Positions 52,507-60,936 of a DNA stretch of 64,000 bases are shown piece by piece. The stretch is taken from positions 20,607-84,606 of the forward strand of contig CAVZIA010000018.1 in NCBI GenBank assembly GCA_963775255.1. The letters run 5' to 3'. The notes under the pieces are model-generated. The model searched no databases. It worked only from the letters and a program-made list of their open reading frames with translations, and had not been told where the DNA came from. Numbering within the stretch: position 1 is the stretch's first letter; every line of letters begins with the position of its first letter. The position numbers and the translations under genes are program-made. This stretch comes from an uncultured Thermoleophilia bacterium (lineage in GTDB: Bacteria > Actinomycetota > Thermoleophilia > UBA2241).

Positions 52507-53675
52507 CAGGTCGCTCGCCGCCAGGCCTGGCGCCACTTCAGGCGCGAGCCCGTGTGCAGGATCGCTCCGCCGTAGATCCTGGCCGCGACCCACGCCATCA
52601 GCACGGTCGACGCCACGCAGACGAGCATCGAGAGCGCTATCTGCCAGGGCTGCGCCACGCCCAGGGCCACCAGCACGGTCATGGAGACCGGCGCCGTCGG
52701 CGGGAAGTACGCCAGCACCCAGTAGAAGCCGTACACGCTGTCGCTGTAGAGCACCGTGAAGGTGAGGATATAGGAGGCGATCAGGGGCAACTGCACGGGC
52801 GCCGAGGCGTTGGATGCGTCGGACGGCTTGGTGACCAGCGACCCTGCGGCTGCGTAGAGGGTGCAGTAGAAGGCGTAGCCGATCACGATCCATGCGGCGC
52901 CGACGGCCACGACCTCCAGCGAAGCGCTGTGGATCAGGCTGGAGCCGACGGCCGCGCCGAGGACGACGAAGGTGAGCACGATCGCCAGCGCCTGGGCCAG
53001 CGCGAGCAGACCCAGGCCGAGCACTTTGCCGAGAAGGAGTTGGGAGGGGCGTACCGCCGCGAGCAGTACCTCGACCACCCGGCTCGACTTCTCCTCGCTC
53101 ACGCCGATGGTGATCCGCACGCCGTAGACGACGATGAGCACGTAGATGACGATGGACACGGCCAGGCCCGTGAGGCGCACGTTCAGGCCGGTGAGCGGCG
53201 GCTCGAGGCCGTGGATGGGGAGGCTGGGCGAGGAGGTGGGCGCCGTCGCCGTCCCGCCACTCTTGATCAGGCCGCCGGCGAGCGCTAGAGCGCCCTCCAG
53301 GCTCGACGCGCTCGTCGACGTGCCGGCGTAGGGGGTGCGCGGGATCAGCACCTCGCGCCCAGGGACGAGCACGGCCGCCAGCTTGCCGTCCTTCAGTGCG
53401 GCCTCGGCTTCTCCGAGAGAGGCGAAGGGGACCGGCTGCACGGCCGTGCCGGTGATGCGCGCGGCGGTCCGCACGGTCAGTACCGCCGCGGGCCCCGAGC
53501 CCACGATGCCGACCTTCTTCGTGCTCGGGCTGCCGTGTAAGGCGGCCGGAATGAGGATCGCGGCCGCCACCGCCACGACGAGCAGCACGGTGACGATGCG
53601 GAAGGACCGCGCGCGCCAGCCTTGCCGCAGCTCACGCGCGGCGATGAGCCACGTGGTCCCCAGCCAGGCGTTCAC
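52506..53675 (-). CDS. ABC-2-type exporter permease
   Basis: N-terminal TM helix, extracytoplasmic loop, then five C-terminal TM helices. GTG 53675 overlaps the ATPase stop (GTGA). Confidence 0.8.
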   Translation of the reverse strand: MNAWLGTTWLIAARELRQGWRARSFRIVTVLLVVAVAAAILIPAALHGSPSTKKVGIVGSGPAAVLTVRTAARITGTAVQPVPFASLGEAEAALKDGKLAAVLVPGREVLIPRTPYAGTSTSASSLEGALALAGGLIKSGGTATAPTSSPSLPIHGLEPPLTGLNVRLTGLAVSIVIYVLIVVYGVRITIGVSEEKSSRVVEVLLAAVRPSQLLLGKVLGLGLLALAQALAIVLTFVVLGAAVGSSLIHSASLEVVAVGAAWIVIGYAFYCTLYAAAGSLVTKPSDASNASAPVQLPLIASYILTFTVLYSDSVYGFYWVLAYFPPTAPVSMTVLVALGVAQPWQIALSMLVCVASTVLMAWVAARIYGGAILHTGSRLKWRQAWRRAT

Positions 53676-54670
53676 GACTGCGAGCCTCCTCGATCTCCCT
53701 CGCTCCGCTCCTCGCGCGCGGCCCGGTCCACCTCGTCCACGTCGGCGCCGACGGCCTCGCGGAACACCTCCGAGAGGCTCCGGTCCTCGAAGGCGAAGTG
53801 CTCCACCGGGCCTGCCGAGCGCGCAATGTCGAGCACCTGCTGGGCGTCCGCGCCGGGTGAGAGCGCCAGGGACACGGTGCCGGAGGTGACCCCGGTCACT
53901 CTCGCCATGGGGGCCAGCCCGGCGGCCCACAGGCCTTCGGTGTCTCCTGCCACGCGCACGGCGAGCCGCGGCCCACCGCCCCGTCGCAGGTCGGTGAGGC
54001 GTCCCCGCGCGACCAGCCGCCCGCGGTGGATGATGGCGACCGCCTCGCAGATATCCTGCACCAGGTCGAGCTGGTGGCTCGAGAACAGTACGCTGACGCC
54101 GGCGGCGGCGCGCTCCTCCAGCACCGCGCTCATGTCGTCCACGCCGACCGGGTCCAGGCCCGAGAACGGCTCATCGAGGATGAGCAGCTCGGGGTCGTGC
54201 ACGAGTGCGGCTGCGAGCTGTACGCGCTGCTGGTTGCCTTGGGACAGCGTCTCGATTTTCAGATCCCGTTTGTCGGCGATGCCGAGCCGTTCGGTCCACT
54301 CGAGCGAGGACGACCGTGCCACGGCCGCCGACAGCCCGTAGAGGCGGCCGAGGTAGACGAGCTGCTCGAGCACGACCATGCCGGGGTAGAGGCCGCGCTC
54401 CTCCGGCATGTAGCCGAACGTGCGGCGCGCGACGGCGTCGACGGGCGCGCCGCGCCAGCGGACCTCGCCGGCGTCCGGCGCGATGACGCCCACCACGGCG
54501 CGCATGGCCGTTGTCTTGCCGGCCCCATTCGGCCCGAGGAAGCCGAAGACCTGGCCGGCCGGGACGCTGAAGGAGAGGCCATCCAGGGCGACGACGTCGC
54601 CGAAGCTGCGCCGCAGTGCGATGAGCTCCAGGGAACCGTTGCCGGTGTCGTCAGCGTCCATGTCGCTCAT
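53672..54670 (-). CDS. ABC transporter ATP-binding protein (ABC-2 / DrrA-like)
   Basis: Walker A GPNGAGKTT, signature LSQGNQQR and Walker B LILDEPFSGLD. ATG 54670 chosen; ATG 54730 is an alternative. Confidence 0.9.
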   Translation of the reverse strand: MSDMDADDTGNGSLELIALRRSFGDVVALDGLSFSVPAGQVFGFLGPNGAGKTTAMRAVVGVIAPDAGEVRWRGAPVDAVARRTFGYMPEERGLYPGMVVLEQLVYLGRLYGLSAAVARSSSLEWTERLGIADKRDLKIETLSQGNQQRVQLAAALVHDPELLILDEPFSGLDPVGVDDMSAVLEERAAAGVSVLFSSHQLDLVQDICEAVAIIHRGRLVARGRLTDLRRGGGPRLAVRVAGDTEGLWAAGLAPMARVTGVTSGTVSLALSPGADAQQVLDIARSAGPVEHFAFEDRSLSEVFREAVGADVDEVDRAAREERSEGDRGGSQS

Positions 54671-54896
54671 GGTCCCCGGTATGTCCCACGCCGCCGCCGG
54701 CTCCGTTGGGCGGGAGGCCGCCGGGCTCATGGGCCTGGTCTCCGGCGGCCCGGCCGCCGCGCCGCCTGCGCACCGCGTCGCGCAGGATGTACTCCACCTG
54801 CGCGTTGACGCTGCGGAGTTCGTCGGCGGCCCACCTCTCGACCTCGGACCAGAGGTCCGGGTCGACGCGCAGGAGGTACTGCTTGCGCGCGGCCAT
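54651..54896 (-). CDS. ribbon-helix-helix (Arc/MetJ-like) DNA-binding protein
   Basis: KQYLLRVDPDLWSEVERWAADELRSVNAQVEYILRDAV is a beta-strand plus two helices RHH pattern. The Gly/Arg-rich tail overlaps the ABC ATPase start. Confidence 0.55.
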   Translation of the reverse strand: MAARKQYLLRVDPDLWSEVERWAADELRSVNAQVEYILRDAVRRRRGGRAAGDQAHEPGGLPPNGAGGGVGHTGDHERHGR

Positions 54897-54943
54897 GCGC
54901 TAGCGCAGTCCCGCGCGCTTCTGGCTGGGCGGCCTCATCGTCC

Positions 54944-55153
54944 TCACACCCGGCGCGTCAGGAAGGCGATGACGAAGTAGGCGACGGTGGCGGCCACGAG
55001 CAGCGTCCAGAAGATCCAGGGCTGCGGGGTCGCCAGCGTGATGGCCAGGACGAACACGGCAGCCACGTACGCTCCGGTCACGAGCCAGCCCTGCCAGGAG
55101 ACCGGCGTGAATCCCCAGCCGTAACGTCTGGGTCCGAACCACGGCCGCATCAC
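54944..55153 (-). CDS. small two-TM membrane protein coupled to the SPFH gene
   Basis: 69 aa ([40 protein letters not shown]). ATG overlaps the SPFH stop (ATGA). Confidence 0.55.
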   Translation of the reverse strand: MMRPWFGPRRYGWGFTPVSWQGWLVTGAYVAAVFVLAITLATPQPWIFWTLLVAATVAYFVIAFLTRRV

Positions 55154-56187
55154 TGATACAGGGTCCCGGTGTTGACGACCGGGGTCACCTGGCTCTCGCC
55201 GCAGAGCACCACCATGAGGTTGCTGACCATGGCGGCCTTGCGCTCTTCGTCGAACTCGATGGTCTGGTGCTCCTGGAAGTCGGCCAGTGCCATCTCGACC
55301 ATGCTCACGGCGCCGGTGACGATCTTGCGCCGCGCCGCGATGATCGCCTCTGCCTGCTGGCGGCGGAGCATCGCCTGGGCGATCTCGGGGGAGTAGGCCA
55401 GGTGGCTGAGCCGGGCCTGCTCCACGATCACGCCCGCCTGCGCGAGCCGCTCGGTGAGCTCCACGCGCAGGGCCTCCGAGACCTCGTCCACGTTGCCGCG
55501 CAGCGTGGTCTCGTCGTCGGTGTCGGCGAAGGTCTCGCCCGTGTCGTAGGGGTACGCGCTCGCGAGGTGCCGCACTGCCGTCTCGCTCTGCATGGCCACG
55601 TAGCTCTCGAAGTCATCGACGTCGAACACGGCCTTGGCGGTGTCGTCCACGCGCCAGACCACCACGGCGGCGATGTCCACGGGGTTGCCGCGCTTGTCGT
55701 TGACCTTGAGGCGGTCTCCGTTCAGGGTCCGCGCCCGCAGGCTGACCTTGTACCGCTTGAGGTTTTTGGGGCCGGACTGGGCCTGCTGCTCCTCGGAGTT
55801 CTTCTTGCCCCACGACCACTGCGATTGTGAGCCGCCGCCCCGGCTTGCGGGCCCGTTGGCGTAGAACGGGTTGCCCCAGTGGAAGCCGCCCTCTTTGCAG
55901 GTGCCCTTGTAGTCGCCGAAGAGGATGAGCACGCGCGCCTCGTTGGGCTGCAGGGTGAAGAAGCCGGGGCTGAGGATGATCGCCGCGGCGAGTGCGACGA
56001 TGCCGCCGCCGAACAGCCACCACTCGGGCACGGCGCCGCCGGAGGCGCTCGTCGGGCCGTCGACGAACGCGAAGTAGATGAGTACGGGGCAAAGGACGTA
56101 GAGCGCGATCGCGACGACCAGCATCGGCCAGCCGCTCATCACCCGCTTCTCGAGTTCCTGGGTCGGGGTCTTCTGGTCCGCTGACAT
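55150..56187 (-). CDS. SPFH/Band-7 domain membrane protein
   Basis: Two N-terminal TM helices and an SPFH core ([15 protein letters not shown]...[11 protein letters not shown]...[12 protein letters not shown]). RBS GGAGGTGGAG. Confidence 0.85.
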   Translation of the reverse strand: MSADQKTPTQELEKRVMSGWPMLVVAIALYVLCPVLIYFAFVDGPTSASGGAVPEWWLFGGGIVALAAAIILSPGFFTLQPNEARVLILFGDYKGTCKEGGFHWGNPFYANGPASRGGGSQSQWSWGKKNSEEQQAQSGPKNLKRYKVSLRARTLNGDRLKVNDKRGNPVDIAAVVVWRVDDTAKAVFDVDDFESYVAMQSETAVRHLASAYPYDTGETFADTDDETTLRGNVDEVSEALRVELTERLAQAGVIVEQARLSHLAYSPEIAQAMLRRQQAEAIIAARRKIVTGAVSMVEMALADFQEHQTIEFDEERKAAMVSNLMVVLCGESQVTPVVNTGTLYQ

Positions 56188-56254
56188 GCTCCACCTCCGG
56201 GGGCCGCGCCGGCGGGTCCGTCCCCGCCCGAGTGGTCGCGCGGCCGCGCTGTGC

Positions 56255-56286
56255 GCGATACCGATGTGATATCACATCAGTATCGC
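56255..56286. promoter_or_regulatory. 32-bp near-perfect palindrome GCGATACCGATGTGAT|ATCACATCAGTATCGC
   Basis: 15/16 arm identity and AT-rich relative to its surroundings. Lies 68-99 nt upstream of the SPFH start and 93 nt downstream of the flavodoxin stop. Confidence 0.5.
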
Positions 56287-56378
56287 CCTGTCCAGCGCGT
56301 CTGCCGGAGTCTTCAACGGAGCTTTGGGTTGCATCCCATCCCCGACGGGTCCGGACCGCGTGAGGGCGGACGTTGCCC

Positions 56379-57059
56379 CTACGGACGTAGCGCGTCGCCC
56401 AGCCCCGCCGCCCACTCGCGGATGAAGTCGTAGTGGCGGCCGTCTCCCGGCGTCGCGCCGATGGCCAGCAGCACGAAGAGCTTCTCGAAGACGCGCATGG
56501 TCGTGAGGTCCAGCGAGCCGCCGAAGACCGCCACAGTGCGTGGCCGCGCCGGCGCGCAGTCCTTGAGGATGTCGCCCACATAGTGGCGCGGCAGGGCGTA
56601 GCGCTCCTTGCGACTCAGCTTCTCCGCGTTCTGCGGCTTCTTGACGAGCCAGGGGTCCTTGGCGATCGGCATGCCCTGGACGGCGTCGACGCCGTCCTCG
56701 GTGAGCGACGCCGCAGTGACGAAGATGGCGAACGGCACGGCGCCCAACTGGTCCTTGTGCCGTTTGAGGTACTTGCGGGCGCCTTTGTGCCAGCCCATGA
56801 TCATCGGCCCGCCGACGACGACGGCGTCGTAGCCTGCCGGAGGAGGCGCGGAGCCGGCCTCGCGGATGTCGACTTCGGCGAACGACGCACGGAGCTCCTC
56901 GGCGACGGCGTCCGCGACCTCTTTCGTCGACCCGTGCCTCGTCGCGTAGGCGAGCAGGACGCGCCCGCCGGTGGCGACGCCGCCGGCGCCGGCGGGCGCG
57001 TCCGGCTCGGGGCGCGTCTCCTGCGCTTCGGTCTTCGACTGGTCCGGCTGATCGCCCAT
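56379..57059 (-). CDS. flavodoxin-like (Flavodoxin_5 type) protein
   Basis: VLLAYATRHGSTKEVA FMN-phosphate loop and DAVVVGGPM. N-terminal low-complexity acidic/Pro extension. Confidence 0.75.
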   Translation of the reverse strand: MGDQPDQSKTEAQETRPEPDAPAGAGGVATGGRVLLAYATRHGSTKEVADAVAEELRASFAEVDIREAGSAPPPAGYDAVVVGGPMIMGWHKGARKYLKRHKDQLGAVPFAIFVTAASLTEDGVDAVQGMPIAKDPWLVKKPQNAEKLSRKERYALPRHYVGDILKDCAPARPRTVAVFGGSLDLTTMRVFEKLFVLLAIGATPGDGRHYDFIREWAAGLGDALRP

Positions 57060-57168
57060 GGCTGCTCCTCCTCGCTCGGCGACGCACTGCTGTCCACCGG
57101 CGTCGACTCTACTCTCGAGTCGCCGGTGGGTGAAGGCCGCGGGGAGGAGGATCGTCCGAAGCGCTGCG

Positions 57169-57202
57169 CGAAGAGGGGCGCCGCGGCCGCGGCGCCCCTC
57201 TT
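57169..57202. terminator. perfect hairpin after hdrB
   Basis: gaagaggggcgccgc-ggcc-gcggcgcccctcttc, a 15-bp perfect stem 44 nt downstream of the hdrB stop. Confidence 0.65.
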
Positions 57203-57245
57203 CGTCTGCTTCACTCGCGGGCCGGCAAAGGGGCGGCGAGATGGG

Positions 57246-58112
57246 CTACGCCATCACCGCCATGATGTCCACGAGGTGCTTCTTGAGGCCGAGTGTCTTG
57301 TCGTCGATGCCGACCGCACGGCCGACCATCTGACTCAGGAAGACGACCGGCACGCGTTGCCAGCCGGGGTCCTTCTTGGCGATCTCAATCTGGCGGCCAT
57401 CCAGGTTCACCTGGCACAGCGGGCAGGCCACGATGATCGCCTCGGCGCCGCAGTCGCGCGCGTCCTTGACGATGCGTCCGGTCAGGTCGTCGACGATGCT
57501 CTGCTCGGTGAGCGCCAGCGACGCGCCGCAGCAGTCGGTCTTGAAGTTCCAGTCGACCGGCTCACAGCCGAGCGCCTTGACGACCTCGTCCATGTGGGTG
57601 GGGTACTCGGGGTCATCGGCCAGCGTGACCTTCGGCGGCCGGGTGAGCAGGCAGCCGTAGTAGCAGGCCACCTTGAGACCGGCGAACGGGCGCGTGACCT
57701 TGGCCTGGAGCCTGTCGAGGCCCACGGCGTCGTGGTAGACGTCGATGAGGTTGTCGACCTCGACGCCTCCGTTGTAGGCGCGGCCGACCACGGCACGCAC
57801 GTCGGCAGCGGTCTCTTCGCTCTCGTTGACTTCGTGAGCGCCGGCCTTGAAGCGGCTGTAGCAGGCGGCGCACGGGACGGCCACCGCGTCGAGCTTCATG
57901 TCCTGCTCGACCTTGGCGAGCTCGTTGACCGGCAGCGCCACGCTGAGCAGCCGGTTGATGGAGTGCGCCGCGGTGTTGCCGCAGCACTCCCAGCCCGGGA
58001 TCTCCTGGAGCACCAGGTCGAGCGCCCGGGCCGTCGCCTTGAAGCTGGCGTCGAACTCGCTGGACGTGCCGTGCAGCGAGCAGCCGGGGTAGTAGGCGAG
58101 CGTCTTGGTCAT
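57246..58112 (-). CDS. hdrB: heterodisulfide-reductase subunit B-like protein (two CCG domains)
   Basis: YYPGCSL...WECCGN and ACYYGCLL...TDCCGAS...ACPLCQ are the CCG-domain Cys patterns. Confidence 0.85.
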   Translation of the reverse strand: MTKTLAYYPGCSLHGTSSEFDASFKATARALDLVLQEIPGWECCGNTAAHSINRLLSVALPVNELAKVEQDMKLDAVAVPCAACYSRFKAGAHEVNESEETAADVRAVVGRAYNGGVEVDNLIDVYHDAVGLDRLQAKVTRPFAGLKVACYYGCLLTRPPKVTLADDPEYPTHMDEVVKALGCEPVDWNFKTDCCGASLALTEQSIVDDLTGRIVKDARDCGAEAIIVACPLCQVNLDGRQIEIAKKDPGWQRVPVVFLSQMVGRAVGIDDKTLGLKKHLVDIMAVMA

Positions 58113-58720
58113 GACGCACCTCCTGCGGCTTTACGCTCCGCCGCGGCGGTATTGGCCTCGCGCGCTCGCGTGATGCTGTCGGCGGTGGCTACCATGCGCT
58201 TCATGGCCATCGTGTCGCCGCGCTTGAGGGTGGGGTTGATCTTGCCCTTGAGCATCATCTTGGGGCCGAGCGTGAACCAGTTCTTGGCGCTCATCGGCCG
58301 CTTGAGGACGTCGAGGGTGATCAGTTCGACCTCCCACATGCGGCCCCAGCGGACGAACGAGTCGTAGTTGAGCTTGAGCATGGATGCCGACGGCGTGTCC
58401 GCCGGGATGCGGCCCTGGGCGCGAGCCATGATCTTGAGCTCGTCCATGATCGTGGCGATGTCGATGCCCTGGGGGCACCGGGCGGTGCAGGTCTCGCACC
58501 CGGTGCAGAGCCAGATGAACCGGTCGTCGAAGATCATGTCGTACTGGCCGAGCTGGACGGCCCGCATGATCATGGCCGGGTGCATGTCCGAGTACCGGGC
58601 CACAGGACACCCGGAGGTGCACTTCTTGCACTGGTAGCACTTATTGGCGTTCTCGTCGCAGCCGGCGGTGACCTGCCGGCTCAGCGACGGACTCGGTGTG
58701 CAGGTGGTGGCCATGCGCAC
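58109..58720 (-). CDS. hdrC: heterodisulfide-reductase subunit C-like 2x[4Fe-4S] protein
   Basis: CYQCKKCTSGCP and CTGCETCTARCP. The stop overlaps the hdrB ATG (ATGA). Confidence 0.85.
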   Translation of the reverse strand: MRMATTCTPSPSLSRQVTAGCDENANKCYQCKKCTSGCPVARYSDMHPAMIMRAVQLGQYDMIFDDRFIWLCTGCETCTARCPQGIDIATIMDELKIMARAQGRIPADTPSASMLKLNYDSFVRWGRMWEVELITLDVLKRPMSAKNWFTLGPKMMLKGKINPTLKRGDTMAMKRMVATADSITRAREANTAAAERKAAGGAS

Positions 58721-58723
58721 CTC

Positions 58724-59665
58724 CTAGGCGACCGCGGGCCGCGGCAGCAGACCGGCGGCCTCCACGATCTCAGGCACTGCTTCTTCCCACTCGACGGCCA
58801 TGATGTGGATGCCGGCGACGCCCTCGATCTCGGACAGTTCCTTGATCATCTCGACGGCGAGCTTCTTGCCCTCGGCGTGCGAGGCCGGGCCCTTCTCGAC
58901 GCCGGCCATGCGGTCGACGATCTCGTCCGGCACGTCCATGCCCGGCACGAAGTTCTTCATGTACCGCGCGCCGCCGACGCCCTTGAGCGGCGTGATGCCG
59001 GCGAGGATCTTGATCTCCTGGTGCAGGCCCATGGCGCGGACCTCCTCCATCCACAGCTTGAACTTGGGGACGTTGAAGATGCACTGGGTCTGCATGAAGT
59101 CGGCGCCGGCCTCGACCTTCTTCTTGAGGCGCATGGCGCGGAACTCGAACGGGTCGCCGAACGGGTTCTCGGCGCAGCCGATGTAGAACTTCGGCGCGAC
59201 GTCCATGTCGTCACCGTTCTGGAACTTCTTCTCGTCGCGCATGTCCTTGAGCATCTTGATGAGGTTGATGGCGTCGAGGTCGTGCACGCCCTTGGCCTGC
59301 GGGTGGTTGCCGAAGCTCATGTGGTCGCCGGTGAGGCACAGGCAGTTGTGGATGCCCAGCGTGTGGGCGCCCAGCAGGTCGGCCTGCATGGCGAGCCGGT
59401 TCCGGTCGCGGCAGGTCATCTGCATGATGGGCTCCATGCCGTTCTGCTTGGCGGTGAAGCCGGAGGCGATGGAGCTGACGCGGACGACGGCCGTCTGGTT
59501 GTCGGTGATGTTGACGGCGTCGACGAAGCCGTTGAGCAGCTTGGCCTTCTTCTCGATGACCGTGCCGTCGGCGCTCTTGGGCGGGCCGCACTCGCCGGTG
59601 ACCGCGAACTTGCCCTCGCTCAGGATCTTCTCGAGGTTCGTACCAGCCTTGTACTCGGCGGTCAT
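58724..59665 (-). CDS. metF: methylenetetrahydrofolate reductase, acetogen-type MetF
   Basis: Full-length MTHFR TIM-barrel similarity (ECGPPKS, VNITDNQ, MQMTCRDRNR, CLTGD, FYIGCAENP, FMQTQCIF). Confidence 0.9.
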   Translation of the reverse strand: MTAEYKAGTNLEKILSEGKFAVTGECGPPKSADGTVIEKKAKLLNGFVDAVNITDNQTAVVRVSSIASGFTAKQNGMEPIMQMTCRDRNRLAMQADLLGAHTLGIHNCLCLTGDHMSFGNHPQAKGVHDLDAINLIKMLKDMRDEKKFQNGDDMDVAPKFYIGCAENPFGDPFEFRAMRLKKKVEAGADFMQTQCIFNVPKFKLWMEEVRAMGLHQEIKILAGITPLKGVGGARYMKNFVPGMDVPDEIVDRMAGVEKGPASHAEGKKLAVEMIKELSEIEGVAGIHIMAVEWEEAVPEIVEAAGLLPRPAVA

Positions 59666-60345
59666 ACCGGCTTCGCCTCCTCACGCACCATCTTCCGCGG
59701 GCCGCCGGAGCTGCTCTTGCTCCAGTCCTTCGGCGGCCGGTTGACGTACATCAGCTCTTCGCGCCCCTGCGCCTTGAGGCGCTCCCAGATGAGGTGCCAG
59801 GCGCAGTCGATCTCTTCCTTCTCCGGCGTGGTGACCTCGCACTTGCCGTCGTGGGAGCCGCCGCACGGGCCGTTCATGAGGCTCTTGCTGCAGCGCACGA
59901 CGGGGCAGATGCCGGCGGTCTCGCCGATGACGCACTCGCCGCAGGCTCCGCAGCGCTCGAGCCAGACGGCGTGCTCCTGCGGCATGCCCAGCATGTTGGT
60001 GTTCACGGCCGGTACGACGATCTGCGGCGCGAACTTCTCGGCCATGCTCTGGATGCCGATGCCGCAGGCCATGCTGACGACGATGTCGGCGTCCTTGACC
60101 TTGTCGGCGATCATGTCGAGGTACTCCCACTCGCACTGGCGGATGGCCGCCGTGTGCTCGACCTCGGCGCCGGTGCCGTCCTGCTCGGCCTTGATCCGCA
60201 GCTCGCTGGCCAGGATCTCGGCCTCCTTCTCGCCGCCCGTGAGACAGATGGCGACACAGGTGTCGCATCCGGCCACGAGGACCTTCTTCTTGTCGCCGAC
60301 GAGCGCGAGGATCTCGTCGAGGGGTTTGCGTTCGGCGGTGATCAT
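59662..60345 (-). CDS. metV: MetV (methylene-THF reductase C-terminal-domain / zinc-ribbon Fe-S partner subunit)
   Basis: VLVAGCDTCVAICLTGG ... ERCGACGECVIGETAGICPVVRCSKSLMNGPCGG pattern. ATGA overlaps with both neighbours. Confidence 0.85.
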   Translation of the reverse strand: MITAERKPLDEILALVGDKKKVLVAGCDTCVAICLTGGEKEAEILASELRIKAEQDGTGAEVEHTAAIRQCEWEYLDMIADKVKDADIVVSMACGIGIQSMAEKFAPQIVVPAVNTNMLGMPQEHAVWLERCGACGECVIGETAGICPVVRCSKSLMNGPCGGSHDGKCEVTTPEKEEIDCAWHLIWERLKAQGREELMYVNRPPKDWSKSSSGGPRKMVREEAKPV

Positions 60346-60935
60346 TCTGCGTGTCCTTCCTCACTGATGGCGGCGGACGGAGCGGGGTCGTCGGGCATGG
60401 CCACGCCGCCGAGCGCTTCGCGCGCGGCGGCGTGGGCGTCCACACCCGCACGTTTGACTGGGTTGGGGCCGAGCTGCTTGATGCGCTCGGTGAACTCGGT
60501 CGCGACCTCGGCGAACCTTGCGCCCTGGGCCGACGACATGTTGTACATCTCCACGCGCTCGGGCTCGATGCCGACCTCGGCGAGCAGGTCCTTGACGTGG
60601 TTGACGCGTTTGCGCGCCCACAGGTTGCCCTTGAGGTAGTGGCACTCGCCTTCGAGGCAGCCGGCGGCATACACGCCGTCCGCTCCGGCCTCGATCGCCT
60701 TGAGCAGGTGGATGACCTCGAGCTTGCCGGTGCACGGCAGCTTGATCATGCGGATGTTCGAGGGGTACTGCAGGCGCATGCTGCCGGCAAGGTCGGCGGC
60801 GGCATACGCGCAGTAGTGGCACGCGAACACGATGATCTCGGGCTCGAAGTCCGGGTCGACCGACCTTCTCGGCGCCTCGTCCGCGGCTTCGGGCGCCTCG
60901 CCCTCGGCCACCGGCTTCACGTCGGCGTCGGCCAT
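60342..60935 (-). CDS. mvhD: MvhD-like (methyl-viologen-reducing hydrogenase delta subunit family) [2Fe-2S] protein
   Basis: IIVFACHYCAYAAAD...LPCTG...YAAGCLEGECHY is the MvhD/FlpD Cys signature. Confidence 0.85.
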   Translation of the reverse strand: MADADVKPVAEGEAPEAADEAPRRSVDPDFEPEIIVFACHYCAYAAADLAGSMRLQYPSNIRMIKLPCTGKLEVIHLLKAIEAGADGVYAAGCLEGECHYLKGNLWARKRVNHVKDLLAEVGIEPERVEMYNMSSAQGARFAEVATEFTERIKQLGPNPVKRAGVDAHAAAREALGGVAMPDDPAPSAAISEEGHAE

Positions 60936-60936
60936 G

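Noticed and set aside
49381-52893. 1170-aa minus-strand ORF, the longest in the track
   Set aside because: It runs antisense to the well-supported GDE-type gene and is extremely Arg/Ala/Gly/Pro-rich, as expected for the open antisense frame of GC3-rich genes. Only a short internal piece (the PII N-terminus, 51948-51826) is real coding sequence.
56264-56277. CRP/FNR-type site in the 32-bp palindrome (TGTGA...TCACA)
   Set aside because: The TGTGA and TCACA half-sites are separated by only 2 bp (TGTGATATCACA) instead of the 6 bp required by CRP/FNR-family dimers.
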